Source: a virus. From it: a DNA stretch of 64,000 bases. The stretch spans positions 1 through 64,000 of the IMG/VR virus record IMGVR_UViG_3300022752_000054. The stretch is one strand, 5' to 3'. Every line of letters begins with the position of its first letter. Position 1 is the stretch's first letter. The notes under the pieces are model-generated. The model had not been told where the DNA came from. It saw nothing but the letters and a program-made list of their open reading frames with translations, and searched no databases. The translations under genes and the position numbers were made by a program. This document shows, one piece after another, positions 8,365 to 17,131 of the stretch.

Positions 8365-9207
8365 TCAACTTTCTTGTTGAAGTTTTTTTAACTTTCGTTT
8401 TTCCCATGCTTTCTTCATGGATTCACTAACACGTTTTCTATGCTCAGGATCTTCCCACATTTTTTTATTTCTTTCTTTCATTTTTTCTTTATATTCAGGA
8501 TCTTCCCATAATTTTTTACTCATTTCACAATGATTTTTTCTATATTCAGGATCTTCCCATAATTTTTTACTCATTTCACTCATCTTTTCTTTATGTTCAG
8601 GATCCTCCCATAATTTCTCACTCATTTCACTCATCTTTTCTTTGAATCCTGGTTTCTCCCACATTTTCTTGCTCAATTCACCAACTTTCTTCTTAACCTC
8701 GGGATCTTCCCAAACCTTTCTACTTGCTTCTTTCCAATGTTCTCTGTATTTAGGATCCTCCCATTTTTTCTTCAATGATTCACTTACGGTTTTTTTGTGT
8801 TCAGGATCCTCCCACATTTTCTTGCTCAATTCACTCATTTTTTCTCTATGCTCAGGATTCACCAAAGTTTTTTTCAGTGATTTACTCAATTTTTCTTTGC
8901 TCTCAACCGTATGTTTACATCCTGAAAAACCTTCTCCACCATGGGTAAAATTAGCTCCACCTTCACCAAGATCAAAATAGGTTTTTAATTCCTGGATGAG
9001 TTCAATTTCTTTCTGAAAAGCTTCCTGTTCACTGTGAGTTTCAAGAACGATTTTCCTAACCATCCCATGTTTGTTTTTGATGTTGGTATGAAGAGGATTT
9101 CTTTTCTCTAATTTCACTCGTTTATCCAAACCTTTTCCAACGTAAAAAGGTTTCCCATCATCTTCTCTGAAATCAACATACACGAAGAATTTTTGTTCAG
9201 TTTTCAC
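8365..9207 (-). CDS. GIY-YIG homing endonuclease with NUMOD3-like and ~17-aa tandem DNA-binding repeats
   Basis: FFVY...PFYVGKG...R; ANFTHGGEG; KHTVESKEKLS; repeated KKxWEDPExKEKMSE. Confidence 0.85.
   Translation of the reverse strand: MKTEQKFFVYVDFREDDGKPFYVGKGLDKRVKLEKRNPLHTNIKNKHGMVRKIVLETHSEQEAFQKEIELIQELKTYFDLGEGGANFTHGGEGFSGCKHTVESKEKLSKSLKKTLVNPEHREKMSELSKKMWEDPEHKKTVSESLKKKWEDPKYREHWKEASRKVWEDPEVKKKVGELSKKMWEKPGFKEKMSEMSEKLWEDPEHKEKMSEMSKKLWEDPEYRKNHCEMSKKLWEDPEYKEKMKERNKKMWEDPEHRKRVSESMKKAWEKRKLKKLQQES
8420..8870 (-). repeat. coding 51-bp degenerate tandem repeat (~9 units)
   Basis: recurring TCAGGATC(T/C)TCCCA at ~51-nt period. Confidence 0.8.
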
Positions 9208-9269
9208 ATCAATAAATATACTTCAAGTATATGAAAAGATAACAAAAACCATGGATTTCGTATGGTTTT

Positions 9270-9299
9270 GTGTAAATTTAAGGTACCATAAGTTATGGT
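9270..9299 (+). promoter_or_regulatory. class I promoter (GTGTAA-N18-TATGGT)
   Basis: ATG 6 nt downstream. Confidence 0.6.
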
Positions 9300-9305
9300 A
9301 AAATA

Positions 9306-9494
9306 ATGTTTCGTGTTGGTGATTTGATCAAGTACATCAACCTAACACCGTATGGTGAACCTGAGTACCTAGGTGTTGTTCTGGAATACCATGAAACCTG
9401 GGTGAAAATGTTGTGGTGTTTCAATTTTCCTGGAAAAATTCACATTCAGGATTTCAACATCAAAGATCCAGAACAATGGAAGGTTATCCAGTGA
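9306..9494 (+). CDS. small 'GDLV' family protein
   Basis: MFRVGDLI...GVVL. Confidence 0.7.
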   Translation: MFRVGDLIKYINLTPYGEPEYLGVVLEYHETWVKMLWCFNFPGKIHIQDFNIKDPEQWKVIQ

Positions 9495-9685
9495 AAACCG
9501 GTGATTTGCTTAGAAACAAACAACCAGGTACCACCCACATCACCGGGTTGATCCTAGAAATTTTTCCAAATGGAACTGTGAGGAACAAAGCACAACAAAC
9601 ACTCACAAAAATGTTATGGAGTGATGGGCACCAAACCGTGGAATTCTTGGAAGATCTAAAGGAATACTATGAGGTTATCCAGTGA
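9491..9685 (+). CDS. small 'GDLV' family protein
   Basis: GTG start, KTGDLL...MLWSDGHQ; paralog of 5839. Confidence 0.7.
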   Translation: MKTGDLLRNKQPGTTHITGLILEIFPNGTVRNKAQQTLTKMLWSDGHQTVEFLEDLKEYYEVIQ

Positions 9686-9897
9686 GTTTCATTGGTAAAT
9701 TGGTTAGAATGGATCTTCCTCCACCTCATCCTCACTATGGTGAAACCGGTGTGATTATCCGGGTAAGGAAACCAACCGGTGGAACCGGAGATGGTTATCG
9801 TGGATCCAGGATTCTATATGATATCCTGTGTGAGGGGGAGATATTAGAGGATCAACTATATGAATACTTTGTTGAAGTGGATATGAGGGAGTGGTGA
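9682..9897 (+). CDS. small 'GDLV' family protein
   Basis: IGKLV...GVII. Confidence 0.65.
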   Translation: MSFIGKLVRMDLPPPHPHYGETGVIIRVRKPTGGTGDGYRGSRILYDILCEGEILEDQLYEYFVEVDMREW

Positions 9898-10091
9898 GAA
9901 ATATTCGCATTGGTGAATTATACCACTGTAGGTGGATGGAATGGGATGAAGATATCCTTGAGGTTTGTTTGGTGATTGGAAAAGAAAAAATCTACCATGG
10001 GTTTGAGAATCCTTACCAATACACGGTGTTGAGATCCAATGGAAAACTTCATCATCTTCATTCCAATGGAATTGGAGAGGAAATCAGGTGA
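9891..10091 (+). CDS. small 'GDLV' family protein
   Basis: RIGELY. Confidence 0.65.
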   Translation: MVRNIRIGELYHCRWMEWDEDILEVCLVIGKEKIYHGFENPYQYTVLRSNGKLHHLHSNGIGEEIR

Positions 10092-10324
10092 AGGTAGGTG
10101 ATCTTGTTCGCACTCATATGTTTGGTGATCATGTATTCCTTGGTATTGTATTGGATATCCAACCAATGAAGGATGTTTACAAGGATTCACGCCGTGGTGA
10201 GAGAATGAATTCGGTAAAGATACTATGGGAAAAACCTGTACCTGGTTGGTTGGGTGAAGGAAGAATTTGTGAAGTAACTGATTCAATTCTTCAGGTGGTG
10301 GAACCGGAGGAATTAGGTGAGTGA
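10088..10324 (+). CDS. small 'GDLV' family protein
   Basis: MKVGDLV...GIVL...LQVV. Confidence 0.7.
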   Translation: MKVGDLVRTHMFGDHVFLGIVLDIQPMKDVYKDSRRGERMNSVKILWEKPVPGWLGEGRICEVTDSILQVVEPEELGE

Positions 10325-10514
10325 TAAACACCGCGGATTTTTACCTGGAGATCAGGTGAAGGTGGTTAATCCCTGGTACACCAGGAAACCCCCACAACTC
10401 GGTGTTGTTATCGAGGTGGTTCCTAGTGGTGGTGTGGTTAATTCTAACAGGATAAAATTGGTGGTTCCTGAAGGAATTACCTGGAGATGGGATCATGAGT
10501 GCGAGAGAATTTGA
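10317..10514 (+). CDS. small 'GDLV' family protein
   Basis: PGDQV...GVVI. Confidence 0.7.
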   Translation: MSDKHRGFLPGDQVKVVNPWYTRKPPQLGVVIEVVPSGGVVNSNRIKLVVPEGITWRWDHECERI

Positions 10515-10725
10515 GTTAGGTTCTCTGGTGAAATTGACCAGAACCTATATTCAACACCCATCCAAACCTGTTCTTGGTATCCTGCTTGAATATGAAAAGT
10601 TTGATGATAACAATGGGGCCTTTGGAAAGGTTTCAAAAATAAAACTATTGTTATCCAATGGAATTTCCAAAGATTATTTCCTGTTCAAGGAGGATGAATT
10701 GGAGGTGGTTGGTGAAGGTAGGTGA
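10495..10725 (+). CDS. small 'GDLV' family protein
   Basis: LGSLV...GILL...LEVV. Confidence 0.7.
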   Translation: MSAREFELGSLVKLTRTYIQHPSKPVLGILLEYEKFDDNNGAFGKVSKIKLLLSNGISKDYFLFKEDELEVVGEGR

Positions 10726-10907
10726 GTTATACCGTGTTTGGAAATTTGAGGAGGAATACCTGGTTGGGATGTACCTTGGGGCCCGGGAGGGAGAAGGTAA
10801 CCGGGGAACTTTTGTTTCCGAAGTTCTATAGGTTCCTAACCTTGAATGGTGAGGTTATGGATGTTGATTTGAATAACAAATTGGTTTATGGTAGTGAGAA
10901 ATTGTGA
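10712..10907 (+). pseudogene. 'GDLV' family gene with an apparent +1 frameshift at the G-run 10778-10781
   Basis: KVGELYRV...GMYLG in one frame continues as PGREK...FLTLNGEV in the next frame. Confidence 0.5.
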
Positions 10908-11089
10908 GTATTGGTTCAATATCCCCAGGTGATTTGGTGATTCATTCCTATGGAATTCCAATGATCGGTATGGTGTTGGAGGTTAGGGGTGAATTTCCTT
11001 GGAGTTACCGAGTGGTGTGGAATTCAGGGGAGATAAAGGATTGTGAGATGGGTACCGTGAGGAGAGTATGGTGTTATGAAGGTAGGTGA
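10904..11089 (+). CDS. small 'GDLV' family protein
   Basis: PGDLV...GMVL. Confidence 0.7.
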   Translation: MSIGSISPGDLVIHSYGIPMIGMVLEVRGEFPWSYRVVWNSGEIKDCEMGTVRRVWCYEGR

Positions 11090-11324
11090 TTTGGTTACCC
11101 CAGATCCCCGGGGATGTACCGATAGGGGTTTACATGTTTACCCATTTTGGGGTTCCAAGGATACCGGAATACCGGTACCGGTGGGAAGTTGGAAGTTGGG
11201 TGAGGTTGGTGTGATACTGGAATCACTTGAGGTTCAAGGTGGAAATGGTTGTAAGGTGTTGTGTGGTGGTGTTTCAGGTTGGGTTTACCTATGTTACCTG
11301 AAAATTGTGGATGATGAAAAGTAA
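11076..11324 (+). CDS. small 'GDLV' family protein
   Basis: MKVGDLV...SGWV...LKIV. Confidence 0.7.
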   Translation: MKVGDLVTPDPRGCTDRGLHVYPFWGSKDTGIPVPVGSWKLGEVGVILESLEVQGGNGCKVLCGGVSGWVYLCYLKIVDDEK

Positions 11325-11411
11325 AATGAGGTTTTACTTTGGTGTAGGAAAGGTAACCCCAGGGATATTTTTGTGAGGAAGAGGAGTACCTCAGGAATAT
11401 GGCCTTTGGAT

Positions 11412-11594
11412 ATGATCACCGGTGATTTGGTGTTGCGTGAGGATTTTGATGGGAGAAATATATTGATTTTTATGGGATGGGTGGATAGAAACAAATACCA
11501 TGCCATGATTTATGATTATCAGGGTTATAGGTCTTTTTGGTTTAACCCGAATTATTCGATGGAGAAATGGTGGATTATAAACCCGATAGAATAA
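11412..11594 (+). CDS. small 'GDLV' family protein
   Basis: MITGDLV. Confidence 0.6.
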   Translation: MITGDLVLREDFDGRNILIFMGWVDRNKYHAMIYDYQGYRSFWFNPNYSMEKWWIINPIE

Positions 11595-11779
11595 CCGTTG
11601 GTGATCTGGTGAATTGGTATGAGAAGGAACTTGGGGCCAGTGTTACCGGTTTGGTTTTGGGGGTGAAACCCCATACATTTTATCCGGAAGTTGATACATA
11701 TTCGATTCTGGATCTTGAAGGTTTGAAGAGGGAGATACATTCCTCGGTGTGGCCGGAGTATAGGATTTTGAATCGATGA
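11567..11779 (+). CDS. small 'GDLV' family protein
   Basis: VGDLV...GLVL. Confidence 0.7.
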   Translation: MVDYKPDRITVGDLVNWYEKELGASVTGLVLGVKPHTFYPEVDTYSILDLEGLKREIHSSVWPEYRILNR

Positions 11780-12021
11780 AGAATGTGTGGAATAGTAGTG
11801 ATAATGGGGGAAATCCACCTGAGGGGTTGGATGAAAAGGTGAGGAAGGGTGATCTGGTTAGGTTTACCCATTTTCCTTCATTTAATGGTTTTGTGGGGAT
11901 TTACCTGGGTGTTGAGGATAATGGTGATGGTAGATCCAAGTGGAAGTTTGCTACCGATAAGGGAATGGAATGGGTGGATCCAAAGGGGTTGTCACATTAC
12001 CGGGTGGATTTGGTGGATTGA
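11776..12021 (+). CDS. small 'GDLV' family protein
   Basis: KGDLV...GIYL. Confidence 0.7.
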   Translation: MKNVWNSSDNGGNPPEGLDEKVRKGDLVRFTHFPSFNGFVGIYLGVEDNGDGRSKWKFATDKGMEWVDPKGLSHYRVDLVD

Positions 12022-12022
12022 A

Positions 12023-13567
12023 TCAAGCGATGTTGTAACGATTCATCAAATAAGCTTCTATCGCAGCCCGACCAGCTTCAGGTAAGGTTCCGCTGAATAT
12101 GAGAAGCTCCGCCTGTGATGATTCAAAGTGCCAAACATCTTGCCACAATGAACCAATTCGAAAGTGCGATGGATTAGAAGTACCAGCACCCACTAGTGTT
12201 GTGGGCCCTGACACTGAAGAACCGTTAATCCATGCTTCACAATTAGTGCCGGAAGATCCTGTACGCCAATTGACTGTGAATACTAGGGGCACATTGTCTG
12301 TAGGTCGTGTAAATGATAGGGTTGGTGTGACCCCAGATCTCACAATACCTATAGGCGGATTACCGTCCGGACCCCATGCCGCTAGACCGTAAGTATTCGT
12401 GAGCTGGTTGGGGCTCATATCCCACACGCCCTTGCTGGCGCCTGTCGTTCGGGACGCAAAGACATGGAACACAGTGTAACCGACATCCGACGCATCATCA
12501 AGATTCCAGATAGTTCCTGTCATGTACTGCGGGGAGCCTGAGAATCTCCATGTGTCATAGTTTCCAAATGTACCACCTGTATTTGTTTCTATGGTTGGAT
12601 AATAGGTATTTCCATTACTTTGCCCAAGATGCCTACCATTGCCGCTCTTGTCGTTTATGACGGTTACATAAGAGCCATCGAGCGTAACATTGTCAGATCG
12701 ATACCAAGATAAAAGATAATTCGACCAAGTGATTGGTGCTTCTGGCGTAGGTTGGCTGACAGATTTCACCTTAAATCCACTACCACTTCCCTTGCTTATA
12801 AAGCTTCCTACAATTTTCACGGGTGTTATCGGTATTCCATACTTGTTAGCAAGGTATCTCTCGATCCTTCCGCGGGTGACTTCATTGTGGGTGGTATTGA
12901 AAACAAGCACTTCAGCCACAGCTCCTGTCCAGCGTTCTGTCGCCGCTGTAGCAGGACGACCAATCGTGATCTCTGCAACAGGATTGCTAATGTTAGGAAC
13001 ACCAGACTGTCCCATATTCGACCCGGCGGCACTGACTCCATCAAGATATGACACAGCCTCAGTTACGTTAGCACCTGTAACATATGGATATGAGAATATA
13101 AAAGACTGATTCGCAGAAACTGAACGTGCTAGTGTACCAATTCCACCGTTCTCAAATATCATGCCGCCGTAGTATCCTGCACCCATTCTGGCGCCTGTAT
13201 ATGCATTAGATCCCCATGTGAACATGTCAGCCGTTGATGATGCACCACTCCAATAACCTACAACATATGTAGTGCACGCAGAAGATCCTACAGGAAGTCC
13301 CGTGGGGTTGGATCGATAGTTGGAATCGTTACCGTCATATGTGACAGAAGGCATGCCATTTAGCAATGCGTCGGATGAATTATAGATAGGAGCACTTTCA
13401 TAATTGTCCAAGTCATTATTATTCGGAGAATCGTCGGGCCAATTAGTCACCGTTGCCCCGTTGCTCAAAGCCAATGAGTCAGCCTTGTACCAAGCGACAA
13501 GATCGGGCATGCCGGTAGGATCTAAAGGAGAAACTGACAATCCTTGATTTTTCAATTTAAGCGCCAT
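12023..13567 (-). CDS. virion protein with two LamG/concanavalin-like domains
   Basis: two copies of WYxAD...W.DxSxNxN...AExLxF...IExYLxxKY. Confidence 0.8.
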   Translation of the reverse strand: MALKLKNQGLSVSPLDPTGMPDLVAWYKADSLALSNGATVTNWPDDSPNNNDLDNYESAPIYNSSDALLNGMPSVTYDGNDSNYRSNPTGLPVGSSACTTYVVGYWSGASSTADMFTWGSNAYTGARMGAGYYGGMIFENGGIGTLARSVSANQSFIFSYPYVTGANVTEAVSYLDGVSAAGSNMGQSGVPNISNPVAEITIGRPATAATERWTGAVAEVLVFNTTHNEVTRGRIERYLANKYGIPITPVKIVGSFISKGSGSGFKVKSVSQPTPEAPITWSNYLLSWYRSDNVTLDGSYVTVINDKSGNGRHLGQSNGNTYYPTIETNTGGTFGNYDTWRFSGSPQYMTGTIWNLDDASDVGYTVFHVFASRTTGASKGVWDMSPNQLTNTYGLAAWGPDGNPPIGIVRSGVTPTLSFTRPTDNVPLVFTVNWRTGSSGTNCEAWINGSSVSGPTTLVGAGTSNPSHFRIGSLWQDVWHFESSQAELLIFSGTLPEAGRAAIEAYLMNRYNIA

Positions 13568-13627
13568 ACCCGTCTAAATATCCTTCCTCGTGTAAATCGT
13601 ATAGTTTCTGTTGTAGTGTATAGAGCG

Positions 13628-14626
13628 ATGAGCGGAATTTTACCTCTAATCGGCCTGATAGGCTCCACACTTCTTTCAGTTTGGGCTGCATTCAAATACC
13701 TGTTGACATCATCTTATCGGCTTGAGGATGGTGTGTCGAAGCTTCTCCTGTCGCGTATACGAAAAGAAAAGCCCCTATCCTGGATGTTCGGCGGAGAACA
13801 TGTAACACCACCACGATTCCCTGAACTGTGGGAAGGCTTCCTGTTATTGGATAAAATTCCCCTGTATTTCCACCGCAACGAGAGGTTGATGACCGCCGGC
13901 TGGAAATCAAAGGAATCGGTGTCAACCCTGTCGTTCTTCAGGTGGAATAGATCACAGGTGGATAGGTTGCTTGTCCATGTGAACACAGGTGAATCGATAC
14001 AGGTTTCTGCTTTGACTCCCCACGGAACCGATAGGCTTGGTGAACTTGAGCCCGGGGGTGAAGGTGAGTTGTACCTGAATCCTGGAAGTTATGAAGACGT
14101 TGAGGAGGATGTGAAGAGAGTTTTGGCAGGCGAATTGAACAAGACCAGCGCTCTTCTCTATGGATCTCCGGGAAATGGAAAGACGCGATTCGTTCGTTAC
14201 CTATCAAAGAAGTATTCGTTGCCAATCAATGTTGTCTACCTTCTTCCGGACTACAACAACCTTGACATCAGTCTCATGTTCTCCAATATTCCTCAACGAT
14301 CAATCGTTCTTCTCGAGGACTTCGACAACCTGTTCGACGGTCGGAAGTGCACCATTCCAAACGACCAGATAAAGTTCACTTTTGATTCGATCATCAACGC
14401 CCTCGATGGGGTACACAACGATTATCGCCAGGTGGCGTTCATCATGACCGTGAATGATATTGGAAAGGTGGATGACAGCATCAAGGAGAGGCCATCAAGA
14501 TTTAAATTTGTCAAGGAATTTGGTCCGCCTAATATCGATGTGAGGGAGAGAATCTTGGGTGATAGGAACCTTGCTATCATTGCTGAAGGATTATCATTAG
14601 ATAAGGTGGTTCATTTTAAAAATTAA
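13628..14626 (+). CDS. membrane-anchored BCS1-like AAA+ ATPase
   Basis: N-terminal TM; GSPGNGKT; VLLEDFD; INALDG; RPSRF; class I promoter at 13590-13619. Confidence 0.85.
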   Translation: MSGILPLIGLIGSTLLSVWAAFKYLLTSSYRLEDGVSKLLLSRIRKEKPLSWMFGGEHVTPPRFPELWEGFLLLDKIPLYFHRNERLMTAGWKSKESVSTLSFFRWNRSQVDRLLVHVNTGESIQVSALTPHGTDRLGELEPGGEGELYLNPGSYEDVEEDVKRVLAGELNKTSALLYGSPGNGKTRFVRYLSKKYSLPINVVYLLPDYNNLDISLMFSNIPQRSIVLLEDFDNLFDGRKCTIPNDQIKFTFDSIINALDGVHNDYRQVAFIMTVNDIGKVDDSIKERPSRFKFVKEFGPPNIDVRERILGDRNLAIIAEGLSLDKVVHFKN

Positions 14627-14670
14627 AAAGAAGACATTTGTAAATGTGATTGATATTTAGGCTGCAATAT

Positions 14671-15018
14671 ATGAGAAAAGTTAATAAGCCTTGGGGTTAC
14701 GAATTGATCTGGGCAGAAAATCCAAAATATCTTGGTAAGATTCTTTACGTCATGGCTGGTAAACGTTTATCCTTGCAATACCACAAAGTGAAGGATGAAA
14801 CAATCATGGTGAAGAAAGGCACCATGAAGCTAGAGTTTGGAAATTCGAAGACCGGTCTCCAAGAGATTGAAATGAATGAAGGAGACTCCTTCCACATCTC
14901 GCCCGGGCTTCTTCACAGAATGGCTGCCGTCACTGACTGCGAAGTCATCGAGGTCTCGACTTCCGAGCTAGCAGACGTAGTCAGAGTAGAAGATGATCAT
15001 GGTCGCGTGAAACCCTGA
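14671..15018 (+). CDS. cupin (mannose-6-phosphate isomerase type II C-terminal-like)
   Basis: KPWG...LSLQYH...KDET...HRM...EVST...VVRVEDD. Confidence 0.85.
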   Translation: MRKVNKPWGYELIWAENPKYLGKILYVMAGKRLSLQYHKVKDETIMVKKGTMKLEFGNSKTGLQEIEMNEGDSFHISPGLLHRMAAVTDCEVIEVSTSELADVVRVEDDHGRVKP

Positions 15019-16566
15019 TCACTGGTCTTCGAACCACGAGATTGAAAAAGTTGCTTCAGAACTTAGTTTATTCGTCTTTGCTGCGATCGTCAATGTCTCA
15101 CCACTCGTGAGGAAGAAGTTTTCTGCTTGTATAGTCAAGATGGTAGCCTCGTTCGAACCAACTATGAAGCTTTTGACGAGTTGAGTATTAGGTCCGATGC
15201 TTATCGAAGTCGCAGACAGATCAGCTGCTGCTATCGATTTGTTTGTATCAACGTGTTGAAAGTTGACAGGGCCTCCGAGCACGGCATTCTTGTATACATA
15301 GACTTCCGTCAAAATTGTACTCGCGGCGTTGCCCGTATCAGTACCGACCGATATGTTGAAAAGATCTATCTCGCCGTAGTTACATTGACCCAGGAAGTTT
15401 CTGTTGGCACGTATGGTCAACACAGGTGTGAGCGTGGTGTCAAGATCAAGTGCTGCGCCGACGCGAGCAGAACCCGTAGCAAATGCTGGTCCTATGTTAC
15501 GAATCACCAATCCTTCAGCGAAAACTCCTGCTGAAGCACCTTTGATGGTGACAGGTGTAGCCAACGATCCGCTGTTGTAGACACCCCACTTGGCGGTCAT
15601 CTGGGGATTTCTGAGGACTGTGGTGGTCCTACTGTTGGCGTTCTTTATCATGTGGCACCCAGCCAACAGGCCCGTTTCGGAGTTCTCCACCGCAAAGAAT
15701 GCATTGCCGAACCCGAGATACTGGAAGCCGACGGAGTAAACATTTCCATACCTCGGGTTCAAGGCAAATCTCGATTCACCGGTTCCATCCATTTTATCAA
15801 TGTTCCACTGGGACTGTGAGATGAATGTCTCGATTGGTAGTTCTCCCGTTTGAACCACCGCTGTTGTGGCTATCTGAGTTGCTCCGTTGAACAGAGAAAA
15901 AGTTCCTCCTACGGGCCCTGGGCGTCTCGATACGAAGAAGACGGTTCCATCGATGGATTCTGCATCCCAGCCTGAACCGACCTGTGAGTAATCTGCCTGT
16001 GATAATTGGTAAGAAGTCTGGTTGTTTGAACTTCCACCATTTATCGCGACAGTTCTTGAGGCCCCTCCGAGGGTGACCGTGATGGTGGCAGCTCCGGCTG
16101 GTGGGGTGGTGATGGAGAAGCTTCTGATCTCCCGCTTGGATCTCTCGCGGTGCAGTATGCCGAACTCGCTGTTCCGTTGAGCGAAGAAGTAACCGGTCTC
16201 TTCGTTACCGATTCCTGCCAGCTGAAGCGTGTCGGGTGCGCCTGGATCGAAGATCGCCGTCATCCTACACATGGAGCCCTGTCCAGGGCGATACTTGAGA
16301 CTTCGAGACAGCCTCACCTCGGCGGATCCTGATGTAGATGTTCCTGAAGAGCTCGTCATGATTCCCAGCGAAGCGGTCACGAATGCACCAGCCCCAGCTG
16401 ACGATGTGGTCCATTGTACTGGATTTACGGTATAGATGAACGCAGCCTGAGCCGTGGGGTGCGCTTCGGACACAAGGGGAGAACCGAAAGGTCCGACGGC
16501 ATTCGCATTGATGCTTCCCTCGCTGGCAAATAAAGATTTCTTACCAATCGTCGTAAATCCTGACAT
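15019..16566 (-). CDS. putative virion structural protein
   Basis: 515 aa, beta-rich; YRPGQG, QSQWNIDKMDGTG, FQYLGFG motifs seen in large-phage structural proteins. Confidence 0.65.
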   Translation of the reverse strand: MSGFTTIGKKSLFASEGSINANAVGPFGSPLVSEAHPTAQAAFIYTVNPVQWTTSSAGAGAFVTASLGIMTSSSGTSTSGSAEVRLSRSLKYRPGQGSMCRMTAIFDPGAPDTLQLAGIGNEETGYFFAQRNSEFGILHRERSKREIRSFSITTPPAGAATITVTLGGASRTVAINGGSSNNQTSYQLSQADYSQVGSGWDAESIDGTVFFVSRRPGPVGGTFSLFNGATQIATTAVVQTGELPIETFISQSQWNIDKMDGTGESRFALNPRYGNVYSVGFQYLGFGNAFFAVENSETGLLAGCHMIKNANSRTTTVLRNPQMTAKWGVYNSGSLATPVTIKGASAGVFAEGLVIRNIGPAFATGSARVGAALDLDTTLTPVLTIRANRNFLGQCNYGEIDLFNISVGTDTGNAASTILTEVYVYKNAVLGGPVNFQHVDTNKSIAAADLSATSISIGPNTQLVKSFIVGSNEATILTIQAENFFLTSGETLTIAAKTNKLSSEATFSISWFEDQ

Positions 16567-16619
16567 ATTTCTCCCCTAACAAAAATCTTGTAGTATAATT
16601 AGGTAAGGGATCATAAAAT

Positions 16620-17012
16620 ATGTCGCTAAGTTGGCCACAGAATGGAGAGTATTACGCACCAGCCTACCAGGTATCGGCGTTACCCTATCTGTCCTCATCA
16701 ATTATATCTGTCGGGAACGTGCACAAGTATGAGTTCCCCTACGTCACCAAGTTCATCAACATTGTTAATAGAGGTGCCAATATCGGTGACAAAATTGCCC
16801 TGGCGTTTACCGAAAACGGCCTCCGGACAGGAAACTACATAACTCTCGACCAAGGCGTCGCCATCGATCAAGAGATCAGGACTTCCGTGCTCTTCATCTC
16901 AGGATCCGATGGAACAAACATCGACTATCAGATCTTCTGCGGGCTCACGACGATCCCAACCAAAAACTTCTTGACGCTCACCGGTTCCAACGGGCACTCA
17001 GGCGTCGGCTGA
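16620..17012 (+). CDS. putative virion protein, paralog of 26000..26404
   Basis: YQVSALPY...FPYVTK...FTENG...CGLTTI...LTGS...GVG; ATAATTA upstream. Confidence 0.7.
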   Translation: MSLSWPQNGEYYAPAYQVSALPYLSSSIISVGNVHKYEFPYVTKFINIVNRGANIGDKIALAFTENGLRTGNYITLDQGVAIDQEIRTSVLFISGSDGTNIDYQIFCGLTTIPTKNFLTLTGSNGHSGVG

Positions 17013-17041
17013 TCTCAACAGAAAAATAATTGAGCGACGGC

Positions 17042-17071
17042 GTGTAAAACACTCTGACCCTAGGTTACTAT
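17042..17071 (+). promoter_or_regulatory. class I promoter upstream of the tRNA(CAT)
   Basis: GTGTAA-N18-TACTAT. Confidence 0.6.
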
Positions 17072-17131
17072 AGGATCATCAAACAACGGAGGAAACGAAA
17101 ACAAAAGGTTGAGTTTGCAGATTGAATGTTT

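Noticed and set aside
8420-8870. 51-bp periodic repeats as a CRISPR array
   Set aside because: They are degenerate, in-frame and encode protein repeats; there are no unique spacers and no cas genes.
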